Shown here one piece after another: positions 13,949-27,539 of a stretch of DNA of 64,000 bases. The number at the start of each line of letters is the position of its first letter. Position 1 is the first letter of the stretch. Made by a program: the position numbers and the translations under genes. Below the pieces are notes generated by a model. The model was given only the letters and a program-made list of their open reading frames with translations. It did not search any database and had not been told where the DNA came from. This DNA is from Octopus vulgaris (lineage: Eukaryota): NCBI GenBank assembly GCA_951406725.2, contig OX597814.1, positions 149,358,001 through 149,422,000 on the forward strand, in the 5' to 3' direction.

Positions 13949-14924
13949 TTGTAAAACTCAAAATATTGTCTATAAGGAAGTTTTTTTCTGAGCGGTTAAC
14001 AAACTAGTAATTGCACATGTTCAATATATTTTATAATGAAATTCTCAATGTCAAACCCTGATAATATGAAAAGCCACTTCTATGTCGTTTAAAATTTTTT
14101 TTTTTATACGTAATAGAATTTTTTTGTATAATCTTTAAGGTTATGAGTAACCTATTCGTAAAATCGTTCCATTATCATATTGTAGATTTATTATAACCTA
14201 TATAATTTTTTCCCTTGAAATTCTTCATATATCATCATGTTTTAGAGTTTTAATTCTCTCTCATTTTTCATTTCTAATTGCTTTACATACTTCATTTTTA
14301 AAACCTATTTATATCTTCATGCAGCGACATCCTTGGTATAAAGTTTGCCATTATCATACTTGATTTGTTCATAAATAGTTATAATGAAGATGTTACATTA
14401 CTATGATAATATATATTTAATTGTTAGTGTTCGTTGTGGTTCTTGAATAAACATTGCAATATGTATGTCTTTATAATTTTCCTCAAGATTTTATTTACTT
14501 TCATTCTATATGCAAAAGCCGCAGCGTACGTGGTGGTCGCTTCAATTTATAAATAAGAATATTGAGATAAAGAATAAGAAGTTTGTATGCAACCATGATT
14601 ATATCTGGTTAATGGAAGAACCTCTTTTACACAAAAGATGGTATTCCCTTCATTTGAGTTATAAGCATGCATAGATATTTATCATCTACATGATTGGGAA
14701 CAATATTTTTATTAGGATAAACGAGTACTGAGTTCAGTAGTATATTAGACTATATTATTAGTTTTGGGGCCAAAGCCTAACAATAAGAGCTTGCTACAAA
14801 ACATTCCGCCACAAAAATTTAATAATATCGAAGCAGTAACTTTCATAAATCAGGGTTTAATTTTTGAAGGCTCTTTCTGAACCCAGGCAACGACGGGTAT
14901 TTCTGTTAGTATATACAACCTCAA

Positions 14925-15180
14925 CATCGTTTAGGCTTAGCAGCCCTTCTGTTTGTTTTCTCTGTCCTGTTTGTGTTACCAATTTTGACCCTCTAGAAAA
15001 TCCGAAATTTTATTTAATTTGCTTTGCTGGACCAACTGTTTTATCGAAAGCGTAGCTTGTTGTTAAATGCTCGAAATACGAGAGCAGAAAAACAGCCAAC
15101 AACTGATGAAGGGTCGTTTTTTTGTGTTGTTTGTCTTGTTTTCCATTTGTGTCTTTCGTTCTTAGAAAAAAATAGTTCCA
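14925..15180. repeat. Dispersed repeat of unknown class, copy 1
   Basis: Clearly homologous to 61985-62240 (caactgttttatcgaaagcgta...ctcgaaatac...aacaactgatg). Confidence 0.8.
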
Positions 15181-15258
15181 ATAAGGGGTGTTACGTTAGT
15201 TCACTGGTTGTGAACAGCTGACAACGAAGTACATCTCCCGCGTTAGAAGCTGTGCAAA

Positions 15259-15305
<47 letters not shown>

Positions 15306-15331
15306 TGATGATATAGATAATGATAATAATC

Positions 15332-15368
<37 letters not shown>

Positions 15369-15929
15369 CAACAATATGTGTAACTTTAAAAAATTCACAT
15401 CAACGAAAATACAAAGGCTACTCGGTGACAGGAGAAGCGCATGAATTATGTTCTGAATTATGCAGCATTCGTTTATCGGTTTGTTTGAAGGCATTAAAGA
15501 CTATAACCACAGGCAGTTCTTCAGAAACTTGTACGTGGTGTAGAAGCTGAATAGGATTTTGAAGGATTTTAAGGAAGGGATTTTCATGGAATACTCCATA
15601 CGGCATTGGAAATAGATATCACAAAAGTCGACGTCAAAACCATTTACAATAAGTCTATGCCTTCTGGGATTAACCAGAGTTGAACAATAATATAACATCA
15701 ACGACATAGCCATTTTTTTCTTCATTAATGCATTTTTCTTATTATATTTCTGCTTTACTCATAGTCTGTTTTCTCTCTTAAAATTCAATATACATTTCTC
15801 TTACACATCTATACACACACACACACACTCACTCACTCACTCTCTCTCTCTATCTATCTCTTTCTTTCTCTCTATCTAGCTAGGTAGATCACTAGCTAGT
15901 CATCTCTCTCTATCTTTCTCTCTCTCTCT

Positions 15930-15930
15930 G

Positions 15931-15995
<65 letters not shown>

Positions 15996-16164
15996 TTTTG
16001 TTCTTTTCTTCCCTTTTACGATCCCTCTTGATCGAAAACCTACGCCACCCCTTTTTTTTTCTTTTGTTTTTTGTTCTCTTCATCCCCCAAAAGAAAAGCT
16101 CTACCTTGTAACTTGTCCCATCTGTGTGCATCCCTGTGTGGCCAATAAAGAAACTTATCTATCA

Positions 16165-16243
<79 letters not shown>
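15930..16243. repeat. (TCTA)n microsatellite interrupted by a LINE 3' end
   Basis: Seen directly. Confidence 0.9.
15994..16154 (+). mobile_element. L1/Tx1-like LINE 3' terminus
   Basis: T-rich UTR ending ctgtgtggccAATAAAgaaa, flanked by (TCTA)n; 3' end resembles that of 56975-58936. Confidence 0.5.
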
Positions 16244-16245
<2 letters not shown>

Positions 16246-16636
16246 GTTAGCTAGCTACCTACCTACCTATGTATCTATCTCGCTCGCTCTTACTATATTT
16301 ATATTTCATTCTTTCCTTCACAGCCTTCTTTAGATATTTTCTATATCTGTCTATTGTTTACTTTATTTCTGTAAAACTATTTTTCCTCGCTTTTCCCCCT
16401 CTGCCTGTCTGATTCTTTATATATTTCCCTGCGCGCTCTCTCGCTTTCACTCTCCCACTCTTCTTTCTTTCTTTTCTTAACTCTCTCTCCCTCTCTTTCT
16501 TTCTCTCTCTTCCTCTCTCTCTCTCTCTCTCGCTTCCTGTAGCCATCTATTTATCTATCATCGATGAGAACATCACAAAATATACGCAAAGAAATTATGG
16601 TGAGCTAGACATATATGTTCAACAACTTGAAATTGT

Positions 16637-16704
<68 letters not shown>

Positions 16705-16807
16705 TATATATATATCTTATTTTCATCTCTTTCACTTTAAGCACTTCTATACTTCTTATTTATATATCCTCTTTATCCAATGCGCTGTCTCTATTTCACT
16801 ACATCTC

Positions 16808-16866
<59 letters not shown>

Positions 16867-18693
16867 TTTCCTATATTTTCACTCTTCTGCTTTTTCAACC
16901 ATATAGACTATATGAGATCCCTGGAACTCGTCCACAGATCTTGTACCATAGCAACGAAAGTGCTGTTAGACAAATATATTTAATCTTATGGTCAAATTGT
17001 TTCCCAAGCACTGATTATCTTCGATCAGACACTATCTTTTCTATTTATCTTCTTTCTTTTTATTTTAATATACTTATTTATTTTATTGTCAATGTTTGAA
17101 AGAAGTACTCAGCGTGGAAATTTCACGGTTCGACAATTCATTTGTCTTTAAAATTGGCGAGTACAACTGTCTACTACATCTTCATTCTCTCCTGATAGTG
17201 GCAAGTTAGGTCCAGAAAGAGATGTTTGCCAATTACAACAACAAACACTACTACTATTTCCAACAACAGAAATGCTACAGCTGCTGGTGGTGATGATGAT
17301 GCTGAAGCTGACGTTCATGTTGATGATGATGATGCTTATGATGACGATGATGTTATGGAGGTTGATAATGATGATCACAATAATAATTTCTTATTTCGGC
17401 ACAGAGCCACAATTTTGTGGGGAGATACGGAATGGTCAATTAGATTGATCCCAGACAACTTAAAGACTTAACAGCTTTGGCCAAGGTGTTAATATGCTTG
17501 AGTTTGTGCTTAGTAGTGTCGTCAAGAAGAAATATTTATCACAACATCCCCAACGCCTGTAAAATAACGTAGACATGAACAAATGGGAAGTTTCTACGAG
17601 TTTGTTTGATTTACTAGAAATAGCAGCCAAATATCTCACAAATCACACAATATCACAGTAAAAAGAAAAAAGGATAGGACATTTTAGATAATGCCTGTTT
17701 AAATTGTAAGATTGTTCCGACTTTGATTTTACCTCAGTTTCTTCAAAGTTGACATGGTACTAAACAACAACAGCAACAAAACAAATACCGTAAATAAATT
17801 TGTTTGTAGATCTAACTTGTTGGACATTTAGATAAACAATTAAGTTTAACATCTTCAACTACTGAAAGCGGTTGGCTGCCCTTTGTCTTTTTAATATTAA
17901 ATGTCATATTCAATTGTCCTGTACAATATAATTAATGGTGTTGAATATCAGGTTTTTACTTTCAAAGTTCAAGTCTTAACAGGATAAAGTAATTTAGCTT
18001 TTATTGGACCATAGAAGGGATGAAAGACTAAGTTAAATCTGTCAAAATTTGAACACAATCCAGGCTTTTGTTTATTTTTTCGGCGTGCAAAATCACGATA
18101 TAATTATGATTCAGGAATATAGCCAACAAATTTGATGGAAGAAGTTGGCTGAAGAAATCTGACACAATATTAAATGGGACTTTATTTTATGGTGCTCGAA
18201 AGGGTAAAAGACAAAGTGCATCTCGGTGGAATTTGATCTCAGAGTGACAAATAATTAAATAAATAATTAAATAAGAAAATAAGAAAGAAAGAAAATCAGT
18301 CACATCGATGCTCTGCTGAATTTGCTACCTCGCTGCCATGTCAACACTCACTATAATGAAATATAGAAATTTGTATGAGAATTTTGCTTCTTGAGGAAGG
18401 CACATGAAAAGAACACTGGTTTACACATTTTTTAATAAAAATCTTACATTTGTCTTTAGAATTGGCTCATGCAACAGATGCTGCTGCCCAGCACCGATGG
18501 TAACCTATGCAAATAAAAGGTCCGCTGTATCGTATTGCCAGAGTTGTCGCAGGCAAAATCAGGATCTAAATACTGCGAGGTATTCTGTCCAAAGCTCTAG
18601 CAATTTTATGAATCTGTTTCACTGAACTGGAACTTTATTTTATCAACTAAAATAATAATAATGATAAATAAATAAATAATTATTATTGTTTCT

Positions 18694-18845
18694 AGTCGAT
18701 TACATCGATCCCGGTGTTTCACTGGTACTTAATTTATCGACCGCAAAAGGATGAAAGGCAAAGTCGACCTGAGCGCATTTTGAACTCAGATCGTAATGAC
18801 AGACGAAATGCCACTAAGTATTACGCCCAGCATGCTAACGATCTA
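18694..18845 (-). mobile_element. tRNA-SINE (family B) fragment
   Basis: Core aaaggatgaaaggcaaagtcgacct shared with 33906-34140. Confidence 0.85.
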
Positions 18846-18848
18846 GGT

Positions 18849-19905
18849 TTCCCACATTCCCACTGGATCAGACGAGGAGCCAGCCGTAGGTGTCATAGTC
18901 CCAAGTTGCTGCGAATAAATCCTGCTTACACTGTTGTCTTTGAGCCTATCAACATCCAGGCTATTGCCTCTTACGTGTTCAGCCGCAATCTCAGTTCAGC
19001 CACAAGCTTGTATTCGATGCCCAACAAACGATCATTTGGAAAACCCTGCAGATCTGTATGAGTCTCCAGTGGTCATCTACATATACATGATCGATCTACT
19101 TTGTTACACACTCATTAACAAATCAAGTCCAATCATACGGTTCAGCAATTTGAAGACCATGGGTTTTTGCAAAGTAAAGGAGCATCACACCACTTTTTTT
19201 CCTAGCACCAGTAGCAAAAGTACCAACAATGCTCTCGTATTCCGTTCTGTCAATCCTAGTTGATGCGCTGAAATCTCGCAGGATCAAGGGTGTGTCCCTG
19301 TAAGGTACATATACTGCAACTAAAACATGAGAATGTTGAATCGTCAACCACATAATACTCTCGTTCACAGGTGTTATATTTCGTACCATTGGAACCAGCC
19401 ATTCGGCCACTGCAACTGCAACCATACCAGTATACGAGCCATCAGAAAGCCCAGACAAGTAATAGGTGTAACCACCTGTTGAAATGTCACTCCTCCCTGG
19501 CCGACGCACCGCTGGAAAAGTCACCACAGTAACTCACAAACGGCTGAGTTCCAAAGACATTACGGGTAAGTGAAAATTCATCCTTCAGAAGAACATCCCA
19601 GGTCTCCATCCGAATATGCCTCTACAGGTTAAGCCGAGATTTCCTATTCCTAACGGATGACAACTTTGCACCAATCAGGCGACAACACTCTAACCCCTCC
19701 TGTTCTCTGGGGTCTTTTGAACAACCTGCCCTACAAGTGGTTGAGGAAGAGAAAATTTTGGGATCTATGCAAGTGATTATTATTGATGTGGGCTTTATGA
19801 AGCTGGAGTGCACATCCTACCTCAATCTCTGTTAGTCCTTTTACGACACGCTGACTTTACACAGGGGATGTTTATCCTTTGGAACAGCATTGATTATTTG
19901 CGATG
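18849..19905 (-). mobile_element. RTE-clade LINE 5' fragment (5'UTR plus APE endonuclease), degraded
   Basis: GGYTYYLSG...MVAVAVA..ITPVNESIM...LVAVYVP is typical of the RTE APE domain. Confidence 0.8.
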
Positions 19906-20067
19906 GGGAATATACAACTATATTGTATAATGCGTAACATGCATATTAAGGTTACCATGTAAACATAATTTATACCACGCTGAAAATACTACATGAAGTA
20001 AGCTGCGAAACAGCCGTAATCCTAAGATTATCAAATCGTTAAATAATACCTCCTGATTTTTATGGCT

Positions 20068-20245
<178 letters not shown>

Positions 20246-20306
20246 TCGTTAGCCACTGCACACATTTTTTTCTCTCATTGTTTCTCTCCTTGTTTGTTCT
20301 GTGTCC

Positions 20307-20342
20307 CTTTATGTAGAAGAGCGTAGGCTCGAAACGTAAAAG
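20307..20342 (+). ncRNA. Degenerate minimal type-I hammerhead motif
   Basis: CUUU-AUGUAGA-A-GAGC(guag)GCUC-GAAA-CG-UA-AAAG; all stems form but the core differs from CUGANGA at two positions. Confidence 0.5.
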
Positions 20343-20539
20343 AATTTTTCTATTCCTGAGCCTTATACTAATATATCTGTTTGTTTTGTACAGCACCTGT
20401 CTTCGTCTTTTGTTTTTTTTCGTAAACTCTCCCTATATATATATATATATGTATATATAGATGTATATCTTTTTTTTTCTGTTATTCCCTTCAGCCATAT
20501 AGCTGCGGTCCGCTTGGTGCACTACTGTGCCTTAATGAT

Positions 20540-20653
20540 GTTTACAGATCCTAGGTTTCCAAAGCGGTCACCCATCTAAGTACTAAGCTCAGCGTTGCTT
20601 CACATCGGTGATCGGACGAGAACCAGCGTTTTCAACGTGATATGGCTGTAAAT
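20540..20653 (-). pseudogene. 5S rRNA-derived sequence (pseudogene or SINE3 head)
   Basis: Reverse complement TACAGCCATATCACGTTGAAAACGCTGGTTCTCGTCCGATCACCGATGTGAAGCAACG...TAGTACTTAGATGGGTGACCGC matches metazoan 5S with substitutions and a short deletion. Confidence 0.88.
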
Positions 20654-21984
20654 ATGAGTGAATGTTTGTGTGTGTGTGTGTGTATGTGTGTGCGTGTGCG
20701 TGTGTATACCTTTATCTATTTATATATGTACATAAGCACGAATGTAGTGAGGAGAGAGATAGTAAGAGAGTGGTTGATTGTATGATTTGAGAGAGTTTTC
20801 TCACGTTGATTCACAACGCTGTAACTTCCTTGCAGGGTCAAGTTACAATTAAGATTTCCTCAGACTTGTATATCCATTTTTATAAGTAAGAAAAACCGAT
20901 TTTCAGAAAACAGATTTTATTTGTTTACATATTTCTTTACTTTTGCTTCAATGTATTTACATTGTTAATTTCATTAAGTTTGATTGATTTCTATGATACC
21001 TCGACTAAAAGCATTTTTCTTAATTCTAGTTAGTCCTCTTCTATTGGTTAAATTTCATTTATATATATATTTTTAATACCCATCGAGAACTTTATTGTCA
21101 GGTTTACATTTACAGACTGTTAAAAATATAAAACAGGTTCGGTATTACTGTCTTTATTGACATATTTATAACAGAAAAAATCATTATGACAAAAAGTTCC
21201 TTAGGCGATATTTTTTATTATTCTTTCTTTTCCAACCGATTGTGTATGATAATTCAAACCACCCCGGTATTAAAATGTTTCTGCAGTTTTAACTGGTTTT
21301 GTTTGAGTTAGGAAAACAAAACCTGTCATCCGTGTCAATTATATAACATTCTCAAAATTTCCCCAAAGAGCATTTAATTTCCTAAGTTTTTGATACGGAA
21401 AAATAATAATTGATGTTTAGTTGTTTTGCTAAAATAATGTATACACTAACAATGCGTACAAAAATATAGCCAATATTCTTCTAAGTAAAATAAGGAAATA
21501 TTTAGGTTTATTCACTTAAGTTTCGACAGGGAATTAAACTTAATCAGTAACGATTTTGGTATAGTATAAATCTATATTCAGTAACTAACTGAAGAGATAG
21601 TTAGCCGAAATATCAACCGGATAGTGTTACCGTATTTCGACAGCAAATCTGCTATGTGATTTAAAGCCCAAACTTGTACAGCAAACTGATTTATGCAGTA
21701 ATGGATACGGTAAAACACAATATCCTATAAAATTGAAAGGTTGAGTTCATAGCACTGTGTGAGTGTAGTTTCTATATCACTTGTAAATACGTCTCAGTTG
21801 ACCCTAAGTGTTTGATGCAAATAAATTAGGTAAATAACCATAATCGTGTGATTTACAGCTATTATATAACATGGAATTCACATTTTGTGTACCCCTCCAC
21901 ACACACAAAGACACAAACACACTCACGTACTTACGTATGTACATGTCTTGACTTCGTCTGCATGGCGTTTAGAACATTTATAAT

Positions 21985-22358
21985 AATGATTTCAAATTTT
22001 GTCACTAGGGCAACGTTTTGGGGAAGGGGATGAGTCGATTACATCAACGCTAGTGTTCAACTGGTACTTAATTTATCGACCCCGAAAGGATGAAAGGCAA
22101 AGTCGACCTCGGCGGAATTTGAACTCAGAACGTAGCGGCAGACGAAATACCTATTTCTTTACTACCAACAAGGGGCTAAACACAGAGGAAAAACAAGGAC
22201 AGACAATCGGATTAAGTCGATTATATCGACCCCAGTGCGTAACTGGTACTTATTTAATCGACCTCGATAGGATGAAAGGCAAAGTCGATCTCGGTGGAAT
22301 TTGGACTCAGAACGTAGCGGCAGACGAGGCGTGCTAACGTTTCTGCCAGCTCGCCGCC
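21985..22358 (-). mobile_element. Dimeric family-B tRNA-SINE with two different tails
   Basis: Two cores; flanking duplication ttag(a/g)acatttataat at 21969 and 22359. Confidence 0.85.
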
Positions 22359-23040
22359 TTAGGACATTTATAATGATAGTGCCGTGAGAGCCAGAAATGA
22401 AATCAGAAGTATGAGCATGAAGCAAACCGTTTTCTCACGCGCCGTTCACAAGGAATTTTTAAACGAAACAGTATAAGGATAAGCGGTTCCTTGAAACTTT
22501 CGTTTTATATTTCAAAAAATATTCAGGCAGTATGTATTGAGAAGAAAACCAGGCTCGGTTTACGAGGTGAGTATAGGAAACAAACAACACTAAGTACTCG
22601 AAATTGGAGCTTTTCAGTTATAATGCATGAAAGAACACCCTACACTTTTATTGAGTCCTGTAATTTATAGCTTCGTGTGAGCTGGCAGAATCATTAGGAT
22701 GCCTGATTAAATGCTTTGTAACCATTCGTTCGTCTTTACGTTCTTTTCTTTAATTTCTTTCACTAGTTAATTGTGTTAATTGATCAAACTCACCATCTCA
22801 AACCGCCTTTTCCCAATGGGCCATCAAATACGGTCATCTAACATCCCCATTGATAATAATGGTTTCGCATTTAAAAAGAGGGTCAGCAATTTGTAGTTGA
22901 GACTGATTATACGATGCTATCGATACTGATTGATACTTATCTTTTATGAAGTCCGAAGGGATGAAAGTCAAATTTGATCATGATGATATTTGAACCGACA
23001 ACGCAAAGAGACAGAAGAAATGGCGCAATGCTAATTTTCT

Positions 23041-23253
23041 TTTCTACTCTAGGCACAAGGCCTGAAATTTGTGGGGAGGGGGCTAGTCGATTAAATCTAC
23101 CCTAGTACGCAACTGGTACTTAATTTATCGACCCCGAAAAGATGAAAGGCAAAGTCGTCCTCGGCAGTATTTGAACTAGGAGCGTAAAGATAGACGAAAT
23201 ACTGCAAAGCATTTCGCCGGGCATGCTAACGTTTCTGCCAGCTCGCCGCCTTA
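23041..23253 (-). mobile_element. Family-B SINE nested in an older SINE (~22860-23300)
   Basis: Full head and core; TSD caatgcta(a/t)ttttct. Confidence 0.88.
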
Positions 23254-23769
23254 CAATGCTATTTTTCTCATGCTCTAATGAATTTGCCAACTGATCGCCA
23301 CGACGACGACGACTACAATGAAGATAATGATATTTGCTTTATTACACACATGGGCTAGAAGTAGTTCTGAAAAATATAAAGAATATGAGATTTACCAAAC
23401 ACTAGCCGAAGAAACAGTCATATAAAACAGGAAAGAATAAAGGAACATAAAGATAAACATGAATGAAATGAAGAGTGTATTTATTTCGTAAATACATATA
23501 TAAAAGCATACAATAGTAAAAGAGAAACAAAACAAGAAATAATAATTCATGAAAACCACGCAGAACAGTTTGAAACATTCTGGCTGATTAGAGCATAAAT
23601 ACCTTGTTTTTCTTTATCGGAGGACATATATTCTCTTTAAACGATTATATGTTCATAACAAACGTGGTTCAACGGTTCGTTAGTGTAAAGGAACTTTGAG
23701 GTACTGCGGTGTTTCAACCTTGTTCTATGTTTCCGCAGCTGAGGTTACTCCGAGGAACTGATGACTCTC

Positions 23770-25090
23770 ATAATATCAGGTGTTGTTTATAGGATTCAAT
23801 TATTAAATTATTTGCCCATGCGTGTCGATGTCTTCCAAACAGGTAATCATGCATAGGTCCACCGAGAACAGCGAGAACCCAAAGAATAACATTTCTGTTC
23901 ATTCCTAATAATATTTTGTCAGATTCGAACCTGAAAAAGTGGATCTCTGTTGTTTTCATCGGAGACCGCCCCTTTTTTGACCATATGAATCCATAACATA
24001 AGATTCGCTGATGTAAGGGGATTTCAGGGGATACAGCGATGTTGTGCTTTTTCTGTTGTTGTTGTTTTTTATTGCAGGTCCCACTCTTCCTGCTTACTGT
24101 CACCGCCATTTATCGACGGCGTAAAGAGTATCTCGATTTCTTGGCCAACTCTTGAGACGGAAGACAAAACGATATTGTGTGTGTGTGTATGTGTGTGTTT
24201 GTATTTTCCAGCAGAAAACCCTGGAGTGTTTTAGTTTCTACAGTATAACAGCCCTTCTGCTTGTCCTATCAATTTCATTCCTAAAGTACATAATTGAGTA
24301 TATCAGAGATTTGAAAGGATATTGTGAATCTGGAAGTTCATAATGACTATTGCCGAGCACATTATTTCTCCTGATCTGCTGTCCTTACTGCTGGCCTCTA
24401 TTGCTCCACGAAGGTGAAAACTAAGCAGTGTTCGATAGTTCTACCAATGATCCTTAGTATTTTCTTTATCCCGGGTTCACATTTATTGGAGTATCGGTTG
24501 ATAAATGAGTCTATTGCTCATACTTCAATCTGCTCTTTTACTTTGGCTTCGCTTTTGAGATACAGTTCGATGGTCCCTTAGGATTCGCCTTGCTCTCTGA
24601 CTACACTCATAAACACTGACATCACTAATTTCCAAGAAATACTTCAACTTCTTTGAAGTTGTACTGTTCTCTGCTGCACTTTTGTTAGCTTTCACTTCGT
24701 CAGCTCCCGAATATATTTCCTCGGCCTCGAAGAAAAGGTTTGGGCACGAGTTCTGTCTATATTTAGATAACCCTCTTTGTATTAATATGGGCAAAAGGAT
24801 TTACTACTCATATTTTCGCTAGCTAAGCCTTGCGTATGTGTGTGAGTGTCTTCTCAGACGGTCTTCACTTCTGGGCTCTGCTTCTATACATTTGCGATTT
24901 TGCGAGCTCTTTCCAGTTGATGATATAATCGATATTTCTGCCTGAGAGAGTTGCAGTTGTGTATTCGTTTGGCCATTTGCTTAATGAGAAATGTTAATAC
25001 GATCATTATCTGATCTGGTCTTCCATCATACCTATATAACCTTTTATTTTCTACTACTTGTTTCAGAGCGATTAAACCAGACACTAATAT
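23770..25090 (-). mobile_element. Possible highly degraded Gypsy-like gag/protease remnant
   Basis: Coding-like fragments; weak retropepsin-like pieces (AQHRCIP; VLGGPMHDYLFGR). Confidence 0.25.
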
Positions 25091-25654
25091 ATCCCTGACT
25101 TGTCGTAGCTGGTACTGGTGCCCTCCTCGTTTTTGTGGTTATTGTTATTAACTAAGGTATAAAAATCATCTTTGGTGTTCGGTAAGTCATTATTTTCCTT
25201 TTTCAAAATGTATATGTCCTCTGAGGAATTATTTGTGTGCATGCTATTTTTCCATGTTTAACACTTGTTAAAGCATTTTAATTTTCTATCAGGTTCCTGT
25301 GCATTTTGTCGGTGTTACTCTTGTTGATGTTAACTTGTTAGGATAGAATATAAATTCAATATGTTAGAAAATATAAAACAAAGTATATAAAGACTAACTG
25401 TTTTGTCTACCGAAATTATTGGGGCACATGTCCATAGTAAAGTATTTTTAATTGGCAATTACGCCATAGAAAAGCAAAATCCATTTGGTTATACTTGAAA
25501 TAAACGCCTAATGCAAGCCAGTCAAACACGTCTACACGCTATGTCTGTCAATAGAATCGTCATCATTATCATCACCACCACCACCACTGCCACTAGCATC
25601 ATCACCATCACCATCGTCATCATGTTCAATAGAAACAGCAATAATAAAATTAAT

Positions 25655-25868
25655 GGTTTCAAATTTTAGCACAAGAACAGCAATTTTGGTGGAGGATAGT
25701 ATCCAGTTACATCGACCCCATACTCAACAGGTATTTATTCCATCGACTCCGAAACGATGAAATGCGAAATTGATCTTGACAGCATTTGAATTCAGAACAT
25801 AAAGACAGACGAAATATCATAAAGCATTTTGTCCGGCATGCTAATGATTTTCCCAGCTCGTTGCCTTA
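25655..25868 (-). mobile_element. Old family-B SINE
   Basis: Diverged core and head (atgctaatgattttcccagctcgttgcc). Confidence 0.75.
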
Positions 25869-27539
25869 ATGTTTGGAACTCGGAGTATGAAGGGATATCA
25901 ATAATCGTCACTATGCATTGGCTCCTACTCGTCTGTTTCTCTCATCTGTTTCTTTTTATGCTTTTGACAGTGGTATCTCTATACATATGGAATTTTGTAT
26001 TTTGACAGAATTAAGTTTATTGTACATGAAGAGAACAGCGCTGATTATGCCACGCGAACTATTGAACTTTTGTCTAATACACCAAATCATTCTCTATCAT
26101 GTTGCAACCTCCAATTATAAATTAAAATTGGCATTTGGCATCATAACTTTGAGAGCTTGCCCCCACAGACTAGTAGTCTATACGACAGACATTAGATTAA
26201 TTCGTCTGTTTTCTCCAAATAACATTATTCGTAGTTGAATAGAGTTTAGTTTAAGTATAGAAACATATCACAGGTATATCAAATCTTGAATTGGTAAAAT
26301 TCCTTTCGTAAATAGTAATAAACCATCAGAGGTGGTTTTTCGATAGATGTTGTATCAATCACCACCGTCCCCGTGAAAGTGTACATCTCCTAAGCATTTA
26401 TTACAAGCAACAACTACTGTGTTTGTGGTGATTCCAACTCTACTCTAATTCTAATAATAATATTTTATCTGCATATGATTATTCGTAAATGGCTTGAGCA
26501 GGATAGACAGTTCTGCAATAATGCGACGTGTTTTGCCACGGTTCAATGCTAACGACGAGAAATAATGCCATGAATCAAATTATGAATTAACTGCAAATAT
26601 TTTAATGTAAATGATATTAGACATTATAATTACAAATTTAAGATAGAAAAGAAATTCATAATTTCTCATTCATGGAGATACGTCTGGTCGCAAACATTTA
26701 ACTCAGTGAGTTAAAATAGCACGCTATGCTGAGCATATGTACAATTGTCTATCCTATAGGGACTGATGTAGAGATAAAACAGCACAGATAAAATATCAGA
26801 AACTATTTATAGTATTTAATTTGGACAGACGGAATGATAGGTTTCCTGTTGTGTAATTGGAAAAGCGGTGAGCCACTGTGCAATAGATACATGATTCGAT
26901 TCTCCTCAATGGACATGTTTCTCATTATGTCACAAATTGGTGCATACAATGTATAATATATAATATAATTTACAGTAAAATCTTAGCAGTTAATTCATAA
27001 TCCGGTTCTGTATTTAAAACACAGTTACCAATAACGACATTGTACAATCATTATAGCCATCAATTATTCTGCAATTGATTATTTTCGTTAACTTTCTCGT
27101 TAATTTTCTTATGTTACATATTTACAGTTAGGTGCACTGGGCTATTTGAAAGTTAAGTGTCTATGCTAGGGTCAAAAGGCTATAACAATGACGAAATAAG
27201 AACCGGGTGACTACACAGCAGACAAGCTAACGGCTTATGCACTCGAGCAGATATCAGTTTAAATTAATATCTAAGTTCAGATTAATGCATTATTTCCGTG
27301 TAATGTCGATGCTGGTGTTCGGATTTATATATTTCTTCTCTATTCATGTATATCTCTAGTATTCTGTTAGATTTTCCCGATATCACTTTATATTTATGAT
27401 TTTGTTTTTGATTTTGAATATTTTGAAACATTTTATTGGCTTCGTTTGTTCGATCGAATAATTTGCTATTATAGTAATCACATGTTTGTAATTATGGAAT
27501 GACAATTATAATTACCATGAATGTATGTTAATATTTTAC

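Larger units (their letters stand above)
9694..14909 (+). mobile_element. Helitron, internally deleted and degraded, both termini recognisable
   Basis: 5' A|TCTATATACTAAAG; 3' hairpin ACCCAGGCAACGACGGGT followed by CTGTTAG|T (degenerate CTAG); RepHel remnants inside. Confidence 0.8.

Noticed and set aside
15050-15120. CGAAA...CTGATGA as a possible type-II hammerhead
   Set aside because: Could not form stems I-III; the second copy reads CTGATGG
20540-20653. Functional 5S rRNA gene
   Set aside because: Substitutions, internal deletion, no T-run terminator, not in an array
21580-21632. CTGAAGA...GCCGAAA-TATC...GATA hammerhead-like string
   Set aside because: Stem II weak and no UH cleavage triplet in register; at most a heavily decayed relic
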